NCBI GenBank assembly: GCA_040217195.1
Contig: JAVJNR010000003.1
Coordinates: 768,001 to 832,000, forward strand
Length of the DNA stretch: 64,000 nucleotides
Direction of reading: 5' to 3'
From: Leptospiraceae bacterium
GTDB lineage: Bacteria > Spirochaetota > Leptospiria > Leptospirales > Leptonemataceae
Under the pieces are notes generated by a model. The model searched no databases. It had not been told where the DNA came from and saw only the letters and a list, made by a program, of their open reading frames with translations. The position numbers and the translations under genes are program-made. This document shows positions 50,135 to 60,559 of this stretch, piece by piece (the first letter of the stretch is position 1; each line of letters opens with the position of its first letter).

Positions 50135-52753
50135 CTACCAGGAAGAAAGCAGACCGTCGATGCAATCCAGCAATTCTTCCAGCTCCACGGGCTTACAAAC
50201 ATAACCGGAGAAACCCGCAGCAAGGGCTGCCTGAATATGCCCTTCCATGGCATCCGCCGATACGGCAATCCTGGGAATGCCATCCAGACCCGGTAATTGT
50301 TGTAGTTTCTGAAGTACATCGTAGCCAGTACAATCAGCGAGATGCATATCAATGAGTATTACGTTCGGTGCTTCTTTTTGTACTTCCAGGATTCCGTCCC
50401 TTGCATTGTCCACACCCCGAAATTTAGCTCCATCCACAGTGCGAAATAGAGACTCCATTACTTTTAGATTCACCGGATTATCTTCTATATACAGGATGTC
50501 CAGATCTCTGTCTGTCCTATGGGAGCGCCGGGATGGTTCCTGTTCCATCTCTTCTGGTAATCCTCGGGGCAACTCCAACCAGAAATCCGAGCCTGCACCT
50601 TCCGTGGAGTTGACGCCCAGATTACCACGCATCTTCTGGGCCAGCACTCGAGACAAATAAAGTCCAAGTCCCACACCGGTGCGGTCTCCATCGCCCAATC
50701 GTTCAAATGGCAAGAATAACCGTTGCATGTTTGATTCGGATATTCCCGGGCCTGTATCCTGCACATGAATCCTGATACTTTCCGGGAGCTTCGTTGCAAA
50801 AATTGAGATCTTGCCACCGGGAGGTGTATATTTACTGGCATTGCTCAATAGATTAATTAGCACTTGAACGATGCGGGTTTTATCTCCCAGAACCCATAAA
50901 TCTGAATCCGAACCAATAACCATTTCCTGGGATTTTCTACCGGCTCGATTGGTTAAATAGCGACTGGCCCGACTGATTAAGCGGTCTACTGATAAATTCT
51001 CAGAAGCTATTGCCAGCTGATCTGTTTCCACTCGCGAAATGTCCAGAAGGTCATCCATGAGAGAAAGTAAATGCTGTCCTGCATCCTTTACTTCCTTGAG
51101 ATCATCCTGGTGTTCCGCTCCTAGCTTACGAATCAATACCTGAACAAAGCCAAGTATAGCATTCAACGGGGTTCGTAGCTCATGGGAAATTCTGGCAGTG
51201 AACTCGGATTTGGCTCGGTTCGCTCTGTCCGCTTTTTCTCGAGAGGCAACAAGCTCCATTCGATCTCGCACTGCATCTGTAATGTCTTCGGCAACTCCCG
51301 CCACCTCCGGCTCGGCCGATCCAGGCAGATGAAAAGTGCGCAGACGAATCCATCGCTCCTGTTCATCCAATCTCTTTATTCTAAACCCTAGCTGGAAAGG
51401 ACTATCATCCAGTACGCTTCGATTCACAGCCTCCTGAACACGACTGCGATCCGCCGGATGTACTCTGCGAACTAAACTTGCATCATGATTCAAATAGGAT
51501 TGCGGAGATTCTCCCCAGAGATCTTCAAATGATGGGCTCAAGTATCGAATGCCAGTCAAATCTGGTTTTGCAAGAAAGAATACATCCCTGACATTCTCTG
51601 CGATCTGTCGAAACCGATCTTCACTTTCTTCCAGGTCCTTGGTGCGCAAAAGTACACGGGTCTCTAATTCCCGGTTTAGCTGCTGAACCCTGCGTTCCGA
51701 AGCTTTCCGATGCGTTACATCAAAACCTACACCGGTAACTCTAAACCTGGAACTCTCCTCATCGGTGGAAGGAATCACAGTTAATTCGAATATTCGACCT
51801 CCTATTTCAGCTTCAACGGTAGTTCTAGCACCGTTCATAGCTTTCTCAGTAGCATTCTTCCAGACAGAGAATCCGGCAAAAACCTCATCAATGCCTTTTC
51901 CGATTAGATCTTCAGGTGGGCCCAGAAAATGCCAGGCATCTCCCTGACAGTTAATCATTCTTCCCAGAGAATCCACAACAAATAGAACGATGGGCGCACC
52001 AGATACAACTTCCTCAAGGGTGGCCTGGGCTCTCCGGGCCGAATCTTCCGCCTGACGTCTTTCAGTGATATCGGTTCCAAAGCCAACAATGGCTTCGATT
52101 GCTCCATTTCGCAGAATGGGAGCAAAGGCCCCGGCAACGATTCTTTCATTATTTCCAAACCGAAGAGTAAAATCATCGGTGGCGGTCCTACCGCTGAGGG
52201 CCAATTCGAAAAGTCTTCGAAATCTATGTTTTTCCGTATCCTTTTCAAGCCAGGGTTGATCAATGAATGGACGACCAACAACATCAGAATGCCTGACTCC
52301 AGCAGAGTCCAGGGGAAGTGCATTGATTTCCATAATTCTGGCATCCCGGTCCAGAAGTACGATGTTGGCAGGTAGACTATCCAGAATCTCTTTAAACCTG
52401 GAAGGCTCATTTCTGGCGGCCTTAAGCTCATAGCCAATCAGCGTCACATTTCCTGAAGCGGCGGGCGCCCCGCACCATTCCACTACAATCAAGTCTCCAT
52501 TCGCCGTCAGGGTAGGGCCGGTTTTGCGATCTGGAAGATCTTCATTAATGATCTCTCTAAATACCTTTTTTGCCTCTTCGCGGTCGGATTCCAGAACAAG
52601 AAGATTGAAGAAGCTTTGTCCAAGAGCCTGTTTTTCGCTAAAACCGGTAGCTTTGACAAAATGTGGATTTACATAGAGCAGCCGGGCCTCCCGGTCCAGC
52701 AGCATACCAATCACAGGCATTGCATTTAAGATTTCTTTCTCTGGTAATTGCAT
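50135..52753 (-). CDS. multi-PAS hybrid histidine kinase/response regulator
   Basis: Four PAS-like domains, SHELRTPLN, NLLSNASKYT, DTGPGI, GVGLGL; C-terminal receiver LYIEDN/IDMHL/KP. Confidence 0.94.
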   Translation of the reverse strand: MQLPEKEILNAMPVIGMLLDREARLLYVNPHFVKATGFSEKQALGQSFFNLLVLESDREEAKKVFREIINEDLPDRKTGPTLTANGDLIVVEWCGAPAASGNVTLIGYELKAARNEPSRFKEILDSLPANIVLLDRDARIMEINALPLDSAGVRHSDVVGRPFIDQPWLEKDTEKHRFRRLFELALSGRTATDDFTLRFGNNERIVAGAFAPILRNGAIEAIVGFGTDITERRQAEDSARRAQATLEEVVSGAPIVLFVVDSLGRMINCQGDAWHFLGPPEDLIGKGIDEVFAGFSVWKNATEKAMNGARTTVEAEIGGRIFELTVIPSTDEESSRFRVTGVGFDVTHRKASERRVQQLNRELETRVLLRTKDLEESEDRFRQIAENVRDVFFLAKPDLTGIRYLSPSFEDLWGESPQSYLNHDASLVRRVHPADRSRVQEAVNRSVLDDSPFQLGFRIKRLDEQERWIRLRTFHLPGSAEPEVAGVAEDITDAVRDRMELVASREKADRANRAKSEFTARISHELRTPLNAILGFVQVLIRKLGAEHQDDLKEVKDAGQHLLSLMDDLLDISRVETDQLAIASENLSVDRLISRASRYLTNRAGRKSQEMVIGSDSDLWVLGDKTRIVQVLINLLSNASKYTPPGGKISIFATKLPESIRIHVQDTGPGISESNMQRLFLPFERLGDGDRTGVGLGLYLSRVLAQKMRGNLGVNSTEGAGSDFWLELPRGLPEEMEQEPSRRSHRTDRDLDILYIEDNPVNLKVMESLFRTVDGAKFRGVDNARDGILEVQKEAPNVILIDMHLADCTGYDVLQKLQQLPGLDGIPRIAVSADAMEGHIQAALAAGFSGYVCKPVELEELLDCIDGLLSSW

Positions 52754-53045
52754 TGGACTGGAAGTGACTCCCTTTTATTAGACGGATTGTTCCAGCGTTA
52801 AAGGAGGCGTACCTCTTATATTCAAGGGTACCCATTCGACCACAGCCCTGGACAAAAATGCAGATTCCCACATCGATAATTGAGCAGTACCACGAACGTT
52901 AGTCTTTCGTCAGCCGAAAACTGAAGGCTTCCGAATATTTGGGGAATGAACTCGTGGATGAAGGGTGAATGTACGGGTGGATGCAGCAGTGCACCGGGGT
53001 TTCATCTAGAATCCGATACGCGGGTACTGCTCAGGAAATACAATC

Positions 53046-53495
53046 CTACTGCAAGGACACCTGGCATTCCATAGGATGATCTGAGATTGCCCAGTCACCA
53101 AAAGGATGTTCTTGAATATAGTTCCAATCCAATGAGTAACTTTCCTCTATGGATTTACTGAACTTTTTATAGGATGGATAGCGACATTCCACCGAACAAT
53201 CCCCGATGGGTTCCCCCAAACCCTGCCCCCCATATTCGCGCTGCCAGGTTATCTTTATATGATCCCCTTCCTTTTTCCAGGTGCCTCTTCGCATATGTGG
53301 CCTGTAAACAGAGTTCTTGAATTCTACAGTAACAAATTCAGGGCAGAATAGGAAGATCTCTTTTCCCTGGTCCGTTTTATGAACAAGCTTCTTGCCCGCT
53401 GGAGGTTCCAGAAGCGAGGATTCGTCCTGCAGGCTGCAGGAGACTATGCCGGGCAGCAAAACGAATAGAGCAATCAGGAAGCGCAGAAAGGCCAC
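53046..53495 (-). CDS. hypothetical lipoprotein
   Basis: GTG 53495; FLIALFVLLPGIVSC lipobox. Confidence 0.65.
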   Translation of the reverse strand: MAFLRFLIALFVLLPGIVSCSLQDESSLLEPPAGKKLVHKTDQGKEIFLFCPEFVTVEFKNSVYRPHMRRGTWKKEGDHIKITWQREYGGQGLGEPIGDCSVECRYPSYKKFSKSIEESYSLDWNYIQEHPFGDWAISDHPMECQVSLQ

Positions 53496-53672
53496 TCCCT
53501 TTGAGATTTTTTTCGATCCGTACTGTAAAGCAATATTCAAGATCTCTTTGGTGCCCTTCCCGAGCAAATGGTATTGGAGTCCGTTGGGGCCTCCGCTACT
53601 GCAATTCAACATTCCTGGATCAAATATCGAAGAGAGGCCGTCTGGTACTGAATCGATTCCCCTGGTAAGAGA

Positions 53673-54116
53673 CTATTGCTTCAATGTGCGTATCTGCCTT
53701 ATAAGGTCCTTTTCGTAGGGCTCGAAGTCTTCTTTTCGCCCTCCGGCCTCGACTATGAACACATCATCCTCTACGGGGAAAAATGAAGCCATATAACGGT
53801 ACTCACCGTTCATGGTCATGACAGATGTGATAAAGAGCCGGCCCTGCAAACCATCCGCCGTTTCGATAGATTCATTTCTCAGTATTTCATAGCCCAGGGA
53901 TTCAAAATGCAACTCCACTGCACTTTTCAATGTGCTCAAGTTTCCTCTGGGTTGATTGTCTGTGCGATATACCCTTACCCGCACAGCATCCGGAGAAACC
54001 AGTTGAAATGTACCGGAACTACCTTCGTATTCTGCAAACCCGGAAGGAGCCTGAATCATTGGTCCCTGGCATTGAATCAGAAAAAGAAAAACGATCATTA
54101 TTGCTAGCTTCTTCAT
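53673..54116 (-). CDS. lipoprotein homologous to the C-terminal domain of 54736..55920
   Basis: FLIQC lipobox; APSGFAEY...VSPDAVRVR...DNQPRG; ATGA overlap with the upstream gene. Confidence 0.8.
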   Translation of the reverse strand: MKKLAIMIVFLFLIQCQGPMIQAPSGFAEYEGSSGTFQLVSPDAVRVRVYRTDNQPRGNLSTLKSAVELHFESLGYEILRNESIETADGLQGRLFITSVMTMNGEYRYMASFFPVEDDVFIVEAGGRKEDFEPYEKDLIRQIRTLKQ

Positions 54117-54739
54117 TCCAGTCCTCCAAGAACTTGATTCAAAGTAAGTCCTCTGACCCAGGGAATTCTAACCTTCTGCGGGTCGGAGGTTCCGGTAGCT
54201 GAATTAATTTGTATCTTCACCGAGTAAAGGGTGGCAGACTCTTTCAGGTAGCGGATTTCACCTTTGATTTTCTCCACTTCTTCCAGAGAACGATTCAATG
54301 CCCGCTCCAGGTCCAGCAGATCATCCATGCCCGCTTCCCGGGACAAAGCTCTTAGTTTGCTCAGATTGCTTTCCGCTACCCTTAATCTGGCTTTAAGGTC
54401 CACCAGGTCACCGGATACATCCTCGGTGGCCCGCGAAGCTTTATATACATTGGTTCCTGGAACCGATGCGATGCGAGCTTCCACACCATCCCGTCCCAGT
54501 TTTGCCGGTAAACGAATCTCCATGAATCCACTGCGAAGAGTGACCAGGTAACCACCTGATTTTCGGGCAAAGCTCATCATTTCATCTGTAAACCTATCCG
54601 ATGATTCTGTGCGAACTGAGAATTCAAGACTGGTAACTTCCACATCCCGTTCAGGACTCTCGGCGAATGTGACGCTGGCCACAAGTAAGGCCAGGCCTGC
54701 AATCAGCTTATTATTCATACTAACTCCAGTATTTCTCAT
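54113..54739 (-). CDS. DUF4349 domain exported protein
   Basis: GGYL, IRLP, EDVSGDLVDLKARL and EVEKIKGEIRYL...YSVKI motifs. Confidence 0.85.
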   Translation of the reverse strand: MRNTGVSMNNKLIAGLALLVASVTFAESPERDVEVTSLEFSVRTESSDRFTDEMMSFARKSGGYLVTLRSGFMEIRLPAKLGRDGVEARIASVPGTNVYKASRATEDVSGDLVDLKARLRVAESNLSKLRALSREAGMDDLLDLERALNRSLEEVEKIKGEIRYLKESATLYSVKIQINSATGTSDPQKVRIPWVRGLTLNQVLGGLE

Positions 54740-55920
54740 ATTAATGCATCCAGAATCTGCAAAATCAAAGACCTGGGCTCAATCGACTTGAGCACCGGTT
54801 CAACTACTTTCTTTTGCTTGTTGTAGATCTCTTCATTGGGATAGAAAACCTCAATCACATGCAGGTCATCGCCGTCCACAAAGATGACTATGGTATAGAA
54901 AGCTCGGTCATAACCTACCTGTTGTGGTGTTGTCAGACTGATTCTATTTCCGCTGCGATCAGAGCTCATTACCTTTTCAGGATACCGATCCCGTTCATAA
55001 AGCAGGGCCCGCTCAAAGTAGGCTGCATCCGCTCTGGGGTTGTTGTCTATGGTTGCAGCACGAATCTGCACTCCATCCGGACTGGCATAGATGTAGTCCC
55101 CGCTGGAGCCATAGTCTTCCGAGTAATCCAGGAAACCATCGGGCAGAGCGAATTCAAAGTCCGCAGAAAGGTTCAATGTGCGACGATCCGGCCGCAGAGA
55201 ACGAATCCAGGGGATGGCAGATCCCTGGTTTACGCTCATTTTAGCTTCAGCGACAAAAGATAATTCAATGGTAGAAAAGGCGGCTTTACGGGCCATGTAG
55301 TCCCGCCGGGCCTGCATGGATTCCACCTCTTTGTTCAGTCGGGCAATTTCATTTAGTATGCGAATCTTCTGTTTTGTTTCAGTTGTTTTCTTGAGTATTT
55401 CGTAAAGACGATTCAGTAATTGTTTGCGATTTTCCAGACGCTGGGATAGGTCCGCGAAATCCCGGGTTATGTCATCGGCTTTAATGTTTCTGTGAACCAC
55501 TGTACCAATTTTTGACAGGTCTGTTAAAGCATCCGTAAAGTGAACTACAGGAACTCGAATCACAATGAAGGCAGATGTGCTCTGTTTATTCACCTCTTGC
55601 TTTTCAATGTAACCTTTATACCCTTTAACTACATTGGTTGCCTTCTGCAAAGATGGCTCTATTTCATTAACTGAGTTTTTCAGGCCAGCTTCATAGATAA
55701 CCATTCGCTCCTGCGGCTTATCTGCAGAAGCAGGAGAATCTTCCATATCCCGCCGAGAACGCTTGGCCTCTTCTGGCATCATGGAGGTCTCTTCCGCTTC
55801 CTCGTAGCTTCCGGTAGTTCTGTCGTTGAACGCGGCTCCCACGGCACAAGTTCCCAAAACGGAAAGCAACAAAGCACCCAGTATTCGGTAAGTATAAATC
55901 GTAAGACTGCTATTTTTCAT
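54736..55920 (-). CDS. DUF4349 domain lipoprotein with extra C-terminal domain
   Basis: VLGTC lipobox; ERMVIYEA, IRVP, DDITRDFADL and AFSTIEL motifs. Confidence 0.85.
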   Translation of the reverse strand: MKNSSLTIYTYRILGALLLSVLGTCAVGAAFNDRTTGSYEEAEETSMMPEEAKRSRRDMEDSPASADKPQERMVIYEAGLKNSVNEIEPSLQKATNVVKGYKGYIEKQEVNKQSTSAFIVIRVPVVHFTDALTDLSKIGTVVHRNIKADDITRDFADLSQRLENRKQLLNRLYEILKKTTETKQKIRILNEIARLNKEVESMQARRDYMARKAAFSTIELSFVAEAKMSVNQGSAIPWIRSLRPDRRTLNLSADFEFALPDGFLDYSEDYGSSGDYIYASPDGVQIRAATIDNNPRADAAYFERALLYERDRYPEKVMSSDRSGNRISLTTPQQVGYDRAFYTIVIFVDGDDLHVIEVFYPNEEIYNKQKKVVEPVLKSIEPRSLILQILDALI

Positions 55921-56148
55921 ATTCGGGTCCAGGGACAAAACATTGGACGCTACTCGCGCCAATCGGTTCAAGCAGAAATCAAGGGCAATCGCCAGGCAAA
56001 ACCATAATTCCGATACTCTGCAAGTCCCGGGGCGCCAATGCATCTGTCACTGCGGAGCACCGCGGATTCCTAAGATTCACTAATACAGGTACCTGATTGA
56101 GTCAGAAATCCCGATCTTCCTTACCATAATCAATGTTAGATTCAGCCG

Positions 56149-56190
56149 GTATTAAGCCGTTGCGAGATTGTATTAAGCCGACGCGAGATT
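56149..56190. repeat. 21-bp tandem direct repeat (2 copies)
   Basis: GTATTAAGCCGTTGCGAGATT / GTATTAAGCCGACGCGAGATT, 19/21 identical. Confidence 0.8.
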
Positions 56191-56220
56191 CAGTAGAATC
56201 CGGGCATTGCAGGCACTGCA

Positions 56221-56982
56221 CTAACCAGGTTTTGAACCAGTTACCATGCTGGCGCATCCCCAGAACAGACTTGAGTATTCGGTGCTCAGTCCTGCATTTT
56301 TCAACTGCCCGGCAAAATCCTCGCAGTTGCCGAATCTTTCCGTATACACACCCAGCATGCCGTAAGCCACCGGATCTCCACCAAAGAGCCGACCGAGCAC
56401 AGGAATCACCTTCAATAAATAGAAACGGTACAGCGGACCAAGCCACCAGCCCCGGGCACTGGATATTTCCACAAAGGAGTAATGTCCTCCCGGCTTAAGA
56501 TATTTTCGCACCCTGGTCGCAAGCTGACCGCGCTGTTTTGGACTGAGAGTCTTCAATCCAAAACAACAAACCAGAACATCCGCGGATTCCAGGGGAACGG
56601 AACTGCCCAGAGCATCTGCCTGAAGAACTTTAATGGTACTTTTGTACTTGGCTGCATTCCTGGATGCCTTTTCGCACATACGGTCAGACAGATCGATTGC
56701 CAGAACGGAGCCTACCGGGAAGCGAAACAAAGAAGGCCAGGTTTCGCCCATGCCGCTCATTAGATCGTAGACACTGGCGGAGTCTTTATCCTTCATGCCA
56801 GAGAAAGCGCCCTCAACACATTGTTTGCGCCATCGTTCGGAAAACCCAAAGGAAGTGATGTAGTTTAAGATTCCATAGGTGGATGCCATGCGATCAAATA
56901 GATTGGATACGTACTCCGGATCGTGAAAATCGGAACCAGGTCCCAATGGCTTCGCATTATCTTGTTTCAGTGCATCGCTCAT
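56221..56982 (-). CDS. class I SAM-dependent methyltransferase (UbiE/MenG-like)
   Basis: VSNLFDRMASTY, WRK, DLMSGMG, FGLK and LKPGG motifs. Confidence 0.85.
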   Translation of the reverse strand: MSDALKQDNAKPLGPGSDFHDPEYVSNLFDRMASTYGILNYITSFGFSERWRKQCVEGAFSGMKDKDSASVYDLMSGMGETWPSLFRFPVGSVLAIDLSDRMCEKASRNAAKYKSTIKVLQADALGSSVPLESADVLVCCFGLKTLSPKQRGQLATRVRKYLKPGGHYSFVEISSARGWWLGPLYRFYLLKVIPVLGRLFGGDPVAYGMLGVYTERFGNCEDFAGQLKNAGLSTEYSSLFWGCASMVTGSKPG

Positions 56983-56984
56983 TA

Positions 56985-58382
56985 TTATTGAAAGCTGCGG
57001 CGAGAAACTTGATTTCTAAGTCTGTGACGAACAAACAGCAAAAGTCCAAGTAAAGCAATCATGACCGAAAAAACTCCTGTGGAGATGCTCAGAGGGCCCA
57101 GCTCCATAGTCCAGATCGGTAATAGTAAACTGATGATTCCACCGCCAATAAAGGGCGCTGAGAACGGAGCAGCCAGACCATACACAGTGGCCGGCTCTTC
57201 CGGGATGCGATTGCGAAAAGAGCGAAGAAGAAGTAATCCGAGTGCAGTGACCCCGGTAGACATTCCATAGTTGATCAAAGAAAGATCCGGATGCTGATCC
57301 AGAAGCCTCGGTGCAATCCAGAAAAAGCACAGTGCGGTCCAGAGGGCTCCTCCCAGAGTCAGTGCCAGCAAAATGCTCCAGCTTTCCAGAAGCAGACCCA
57401 GGTTTAAAGTAGCAATGGCTGATACAATCAAGAACTCGAGGATCAGACTGTTTAGAATCCTGGCCTTATCAGGATCCAGGAGATTCAATGCTGATAGAAT
57501 CTTTCGCACAGGAAATGCGAATAACAATGCAATAAAAAACAAAGGAAGTTTATCCAGATAGGACGCCGTATCGGGAAAAATTGAACGCAGGAGTTCAGCC
57601 AGCAGGTCCATAAAGAAATAGGCAATAAGCACCGGTAGTATTCCAGCGATCAATGAAACCAGCCAGGAAGCATTGGAGTCAAGCAGTGCTGCATTCCCTG
57701 AATCATTTTCCATGGATGAGGCAGGCGAAAAACGTTTTTCTGATTCTCCATGCGAGTCTTTTTGAGCAAGGTTGCCTGGACTCTGTTCACTTTGCATGGC
57801 AGCATTTGTATGATTGGGAATACCGATTCCCTTTCGTTGCAGTATATTAATTAGCACCATTCCACTAACAGATCCGTAGATAAGTCCGATGGTTGCTGAA
57901 AACAAAGCCAGCTCCGCTGCCTCCCTCTGTCCCAGATCTTCCGAGACTGCAATCAAAGCTGCAGCACTTCCATGGCCGCCCATCCAACCTATCTCTATGA
58001 TATGGCCTGCCACCCACCATCTGGGGTCGAAAAATGAAATGATCAGAAGCCCCACAGCTATTTGCCCCAGGGCCAGCACCCAGACGTATCCGCCCTGAAA
58101 GAAAACGGCTCCCAGTGGCTTACCTCTGGATCCGCCGGCCGGCGCGGCCAGAATCAAAGTAGAAAAAAGAAATGAAATTAGAAATCCAGGCCAGGAGGAC
58201 CAGGCGTCGTAGTTGGCTTTCTCTATCAGGGCCATGCCCTGGGAGCCCATTGCCAGCAGTAGCACGCCGCCAATGAGCGCAGGCTGAATCAAATACCGGC
58301 GAAAAATGCCTACTCTGTAATAGAGCAGCATTCCCACCGCCAGCGCCAGGCAAATAAATCCCAGAGAAGTAAGGGCTATCAT
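56985..58382 (-). CDS. gltS: sodium/glutamate symporter family protein
   Basis: QPALIGG, GWMGGHGSAA, SATIGL and YGMSTGVTALGLLLLR motifs; multi-TM. Confidence 0.8.
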   Translation of the reverse strand: MIALTSLGFICLALAVGMLLYYRVGIFRRYLIQPALIGGVLLLAMGSQGMALIEKANYDAWSSWPGFLISFLFSTLILAAPAGGSRGKPLGAVFFQGGYVWVLALGQIAVGLLIISFFDPRWWVAGHIIEIGWMGGHGSAAALIAVSEDLGQREAAELALFSATIGLIYGSVSGMVLINILQRKGIGIPNHTNAAMQSEQSPGNLAQKDSHGESEKRFSPASSMENDSGNAALLDSNASWLVSLIAGILPVLIAYFFMDLLAELLRSIFPDTASYLDKLPLFFIALLFAFPVRKILSALNLLDPDKARILNSLILEFLIVSAIATLNLGLLLESWSILLALTLGGALWTALCFFWIAPRLLDQHPDLSLINYGMSTGVTALGLLLLRSFRNRIPEEPATVYGLAAPFSAPFIGGGIISLLLPIWTMELGPLSISTGVFSVMIALLGLLLFVRHRLRNQVSRRSFQ

Positions 58383-60511
58383 TCGCTCCGGCTCATCAGG
58401 AATTTCTCCAGGTAATCGGTGATATCTCGAATATTGCGATTGATCATTCTCTTGAATTCTGGAGGAATATTCTGAGATTTAATAACCCTGTAGTAGTTCA
58501 ATGCATTCTTGAGCATCTTACGTCTGGTAAATTCCTGAGCCTTAATTAACATGGGCTTATACTTGTAGTACGCGTACTCCATGGTATGATAATCCCGGCT
58601 CAGCTTAAAAGAGTCCGGTATCTTGGCAAAATCATAGGTCAGGGTCAGGAAAGGAGCATCGTCTTCATCCGGCGGCTTCAATTCCAGAACGCCGCGAATC
58701 TCCTGCACCTGTTGAGGTTCATCCGGTGAAGAGTCCGGGAATTCCGCCGCTTCCACTCCTTCGCCCAGCTCATCCTCTGCCATAGAGGAACGGGTTTCCA
58801 TTGGCTCCGGTTCAGACTGCGGTTGTTCCAGAGGCGAAAGGTCTTCCTCCAGAGGAGAAGGAAATCCCAGTGGTTCCAGATCTGTGGCAGCCACATGATC
58901 GATTTTCTGGGTTTCCGGTTCTCCCTCCCGTTCTGGTTCCGGCTCTGGCTCAGGTTTCTTTTCGGGCTCAGGTTCTGCCTTGACCTCTGGCTCCCGTTTT
59001 CTCTGGGGCTCAGGCTCAGGTTCCGGCCTCTCGCCCGCCGGTCCCGTGGGCCATTCGCCTATTTCAATTCTGGCATTCTCAATTCGAATTACCGCTTCAT
59101 CTTTTTCCGGCTCCGGAACTCCTGCAGCAGGAGCCATCGGATATTTTATTGGCTCCGGGGGTTTCTTTTTTAGTTCGTCTAGTTTTTTCTTGTTTTCGCG
59201 ATGTTGTTCCAGTTTTTTCAGGAATTCATCCCGTTCTTTAAAAAGATCCTTTTTTCTTCTATCTTCGCCCGAACGTCTGTCCGGACGTTTTGGATCCGGT
59301 TTACCTCTGCGATCCGAACCGCTTCGCCTCTCCTTTCCGGACCGCCGATCAAAGGCCGGTAAGTTCTTAAACTTCTCCCATTCTCGCTCGAAGTCTGCAT
59401 CGGTCCATCCATCGGTGCGAACGTTACCACCTGGATCCACGTCCAGTCCATGGTGACCAAAGTCCGCATGCTGCTCCGGCTCATAGCCCTGAACAATCTC
59501 TCCGGCAGGTACAGCAGCCGATGGAACAGCCACATAAGGAATTCCGGGGGGCACTTCCCCTCCAGAATAGGCCACCGGAGAATAAGCAGTGGTACTCGTG
59601 GCTGGAGCAGATCCGGATGGAGCGGATGGAGCGGCACCGGGCTGAGCAGAGAATGCCTGAGCAGCGCCGGGCTGAGAAGTAGGTGCAGGCGCCGGACCGG
59701 GCTGAGCCGGAGTGGCCGCCGGTGCCTCAGCAGTGGGTGCAGAACCGGGACTGCCTGGCGATCTTAACTCGCCGGAGAATTGTCCTTGAATTGGCTGTCT
59801 GGAAAGGGCATGAGCCAGAGCTTCGCCGATCTGTCTTGAAAGAGTATCCGAAAGATTTCGCAGTCCTTCGCTTAGATTTTCAAGAGCCAGAGCCTGCGTT
59901 GTAAGCGGAATAATAATCTCAGGAAATTCAAAACCTTCTTCCTCTTCCAGGTCCAGGCCTTCCTGCCAGCGTTTTATATCTTCGATATTGGTGCTGATTT
60001 TTTCCCGGGGTGCCTCATCCGGGATTCGCTTCATCACACGTTCAAATATTGAAAGTGCTTCATCCGCTTGCTGGTTTTCCACCAGAGATTCAGCACTCTG
60101 GAGCGGCCGACGATGGTGCGCATGTGGCGATGACCTGGGAACTATCTCATCTGTGCCAAAGGTTACTTTCAGAGGCTTTCGTCTCTTCTTTCGCCTTTCC
60201 TCTTTTAATTTATCTACCGTTTCCTGAACCTTATCCGGTTCTCCCTGAAGCAGTTTACCCTGCACCGAATCCGGCGCCCTGTCGAATGCCTGACGAATGG
60301 CTCTGGCCGCCTCTTCCCGACTGCCAGAGCCAATCACCACAGGCTGACCGCGATCTCGATCCCTGCCAGAACCACCGGCCTCTGGCAAATCCGGACTGCT
60401 ACGCGGACCGGTTCCCCGGGGAAGGTCCGAAGTATCCTCTTTCCCCCCGGCAGCCCAGAAGGCTGTGCCCGCGGCCAAACCGCCCAGTAATAGTAGTAGA
60501 ATCCATTCCAT
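58379..60511 (-). CDS. membrane-anchored, largely disordered protein with (D/E)RR repeats and a folded C-terminal domain
   Basis: N-terminal TM; Pro/Ala and Pro/Glu tracts; DRRSGKERRSGSDRR...DRRSGEDRR; helical C-terminus. Confidence 0.8.
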   Translation of the reverse strand: MEWILLLLLGGLAAGTAFWAAGGKEDTSDLPRGTGPRSSPDLPEAGGSGRDRDRGQPVVIGSGSREEAARAIRQAFDRAPDSVQGKLLQGEPDKVQETVDKLKEERRKKRRKPLKVTFGTDEIVPRSSPHAHHRRPLQSAESLVENQQADEALSIFERVMKRIPDEAPREKISTNIEDIKRWQEGLDLEEEEGFEFPEIIIPLTTQALALENLSEGLRNLSDTLSRQIGEALAHALSRQPIQGQFSGELRSPGSPGSAPTAEAPAATPAQPGPAPAPTSQPGAAQAFSAQPGAAPSAPSGSAPATSTTAYSPVAYSGGEVPPGIPYVAVPSAAVPAGEIVQGYEPEQHADFGHHGLDVDPGGNVRTDGWTDADFEREWEKFKNLPAFDRRSGKERRSGSDRRGKPDPKRPDRRSGEDRRKKDLFKERDEFLKKLEQHRENKKKLDELKKKPPEPIKYPMAPAAGVPEPEKDEAVIRIENARIEIGEWPTGPAGERPEPEPEPQRKREPEVKAEPEPEKKPEPEPEPEREGEPETQKIDHVAATDLEPLGFPSPLEEDLSPLEQPQSEPEPMETRSSMAEDELGEGVEAAEFPDSSPDEPQQVQEIRGVLELKPPDEDDAPFLTLTYDFAKIPDSFKLSRDYHTMEYAYYKYKPMLIKAQEFTRRKMLKNALNYYRVIKSQNIPPEFKRMINRNIRDITDYLEKFLMSRSE

Positions 60512-60559
60512 GAATTGTCTTTTCTATAGAATCGTCAGCCAGGGGTGAGAATTTGACGT

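Noticed and set aside
50014..50355. Short ORFs overlapping the hybrid kinase end
   Set aside because: Alternative-frame or antisense shadows of a well-supported gene; the same applies to most small ORFs in the track
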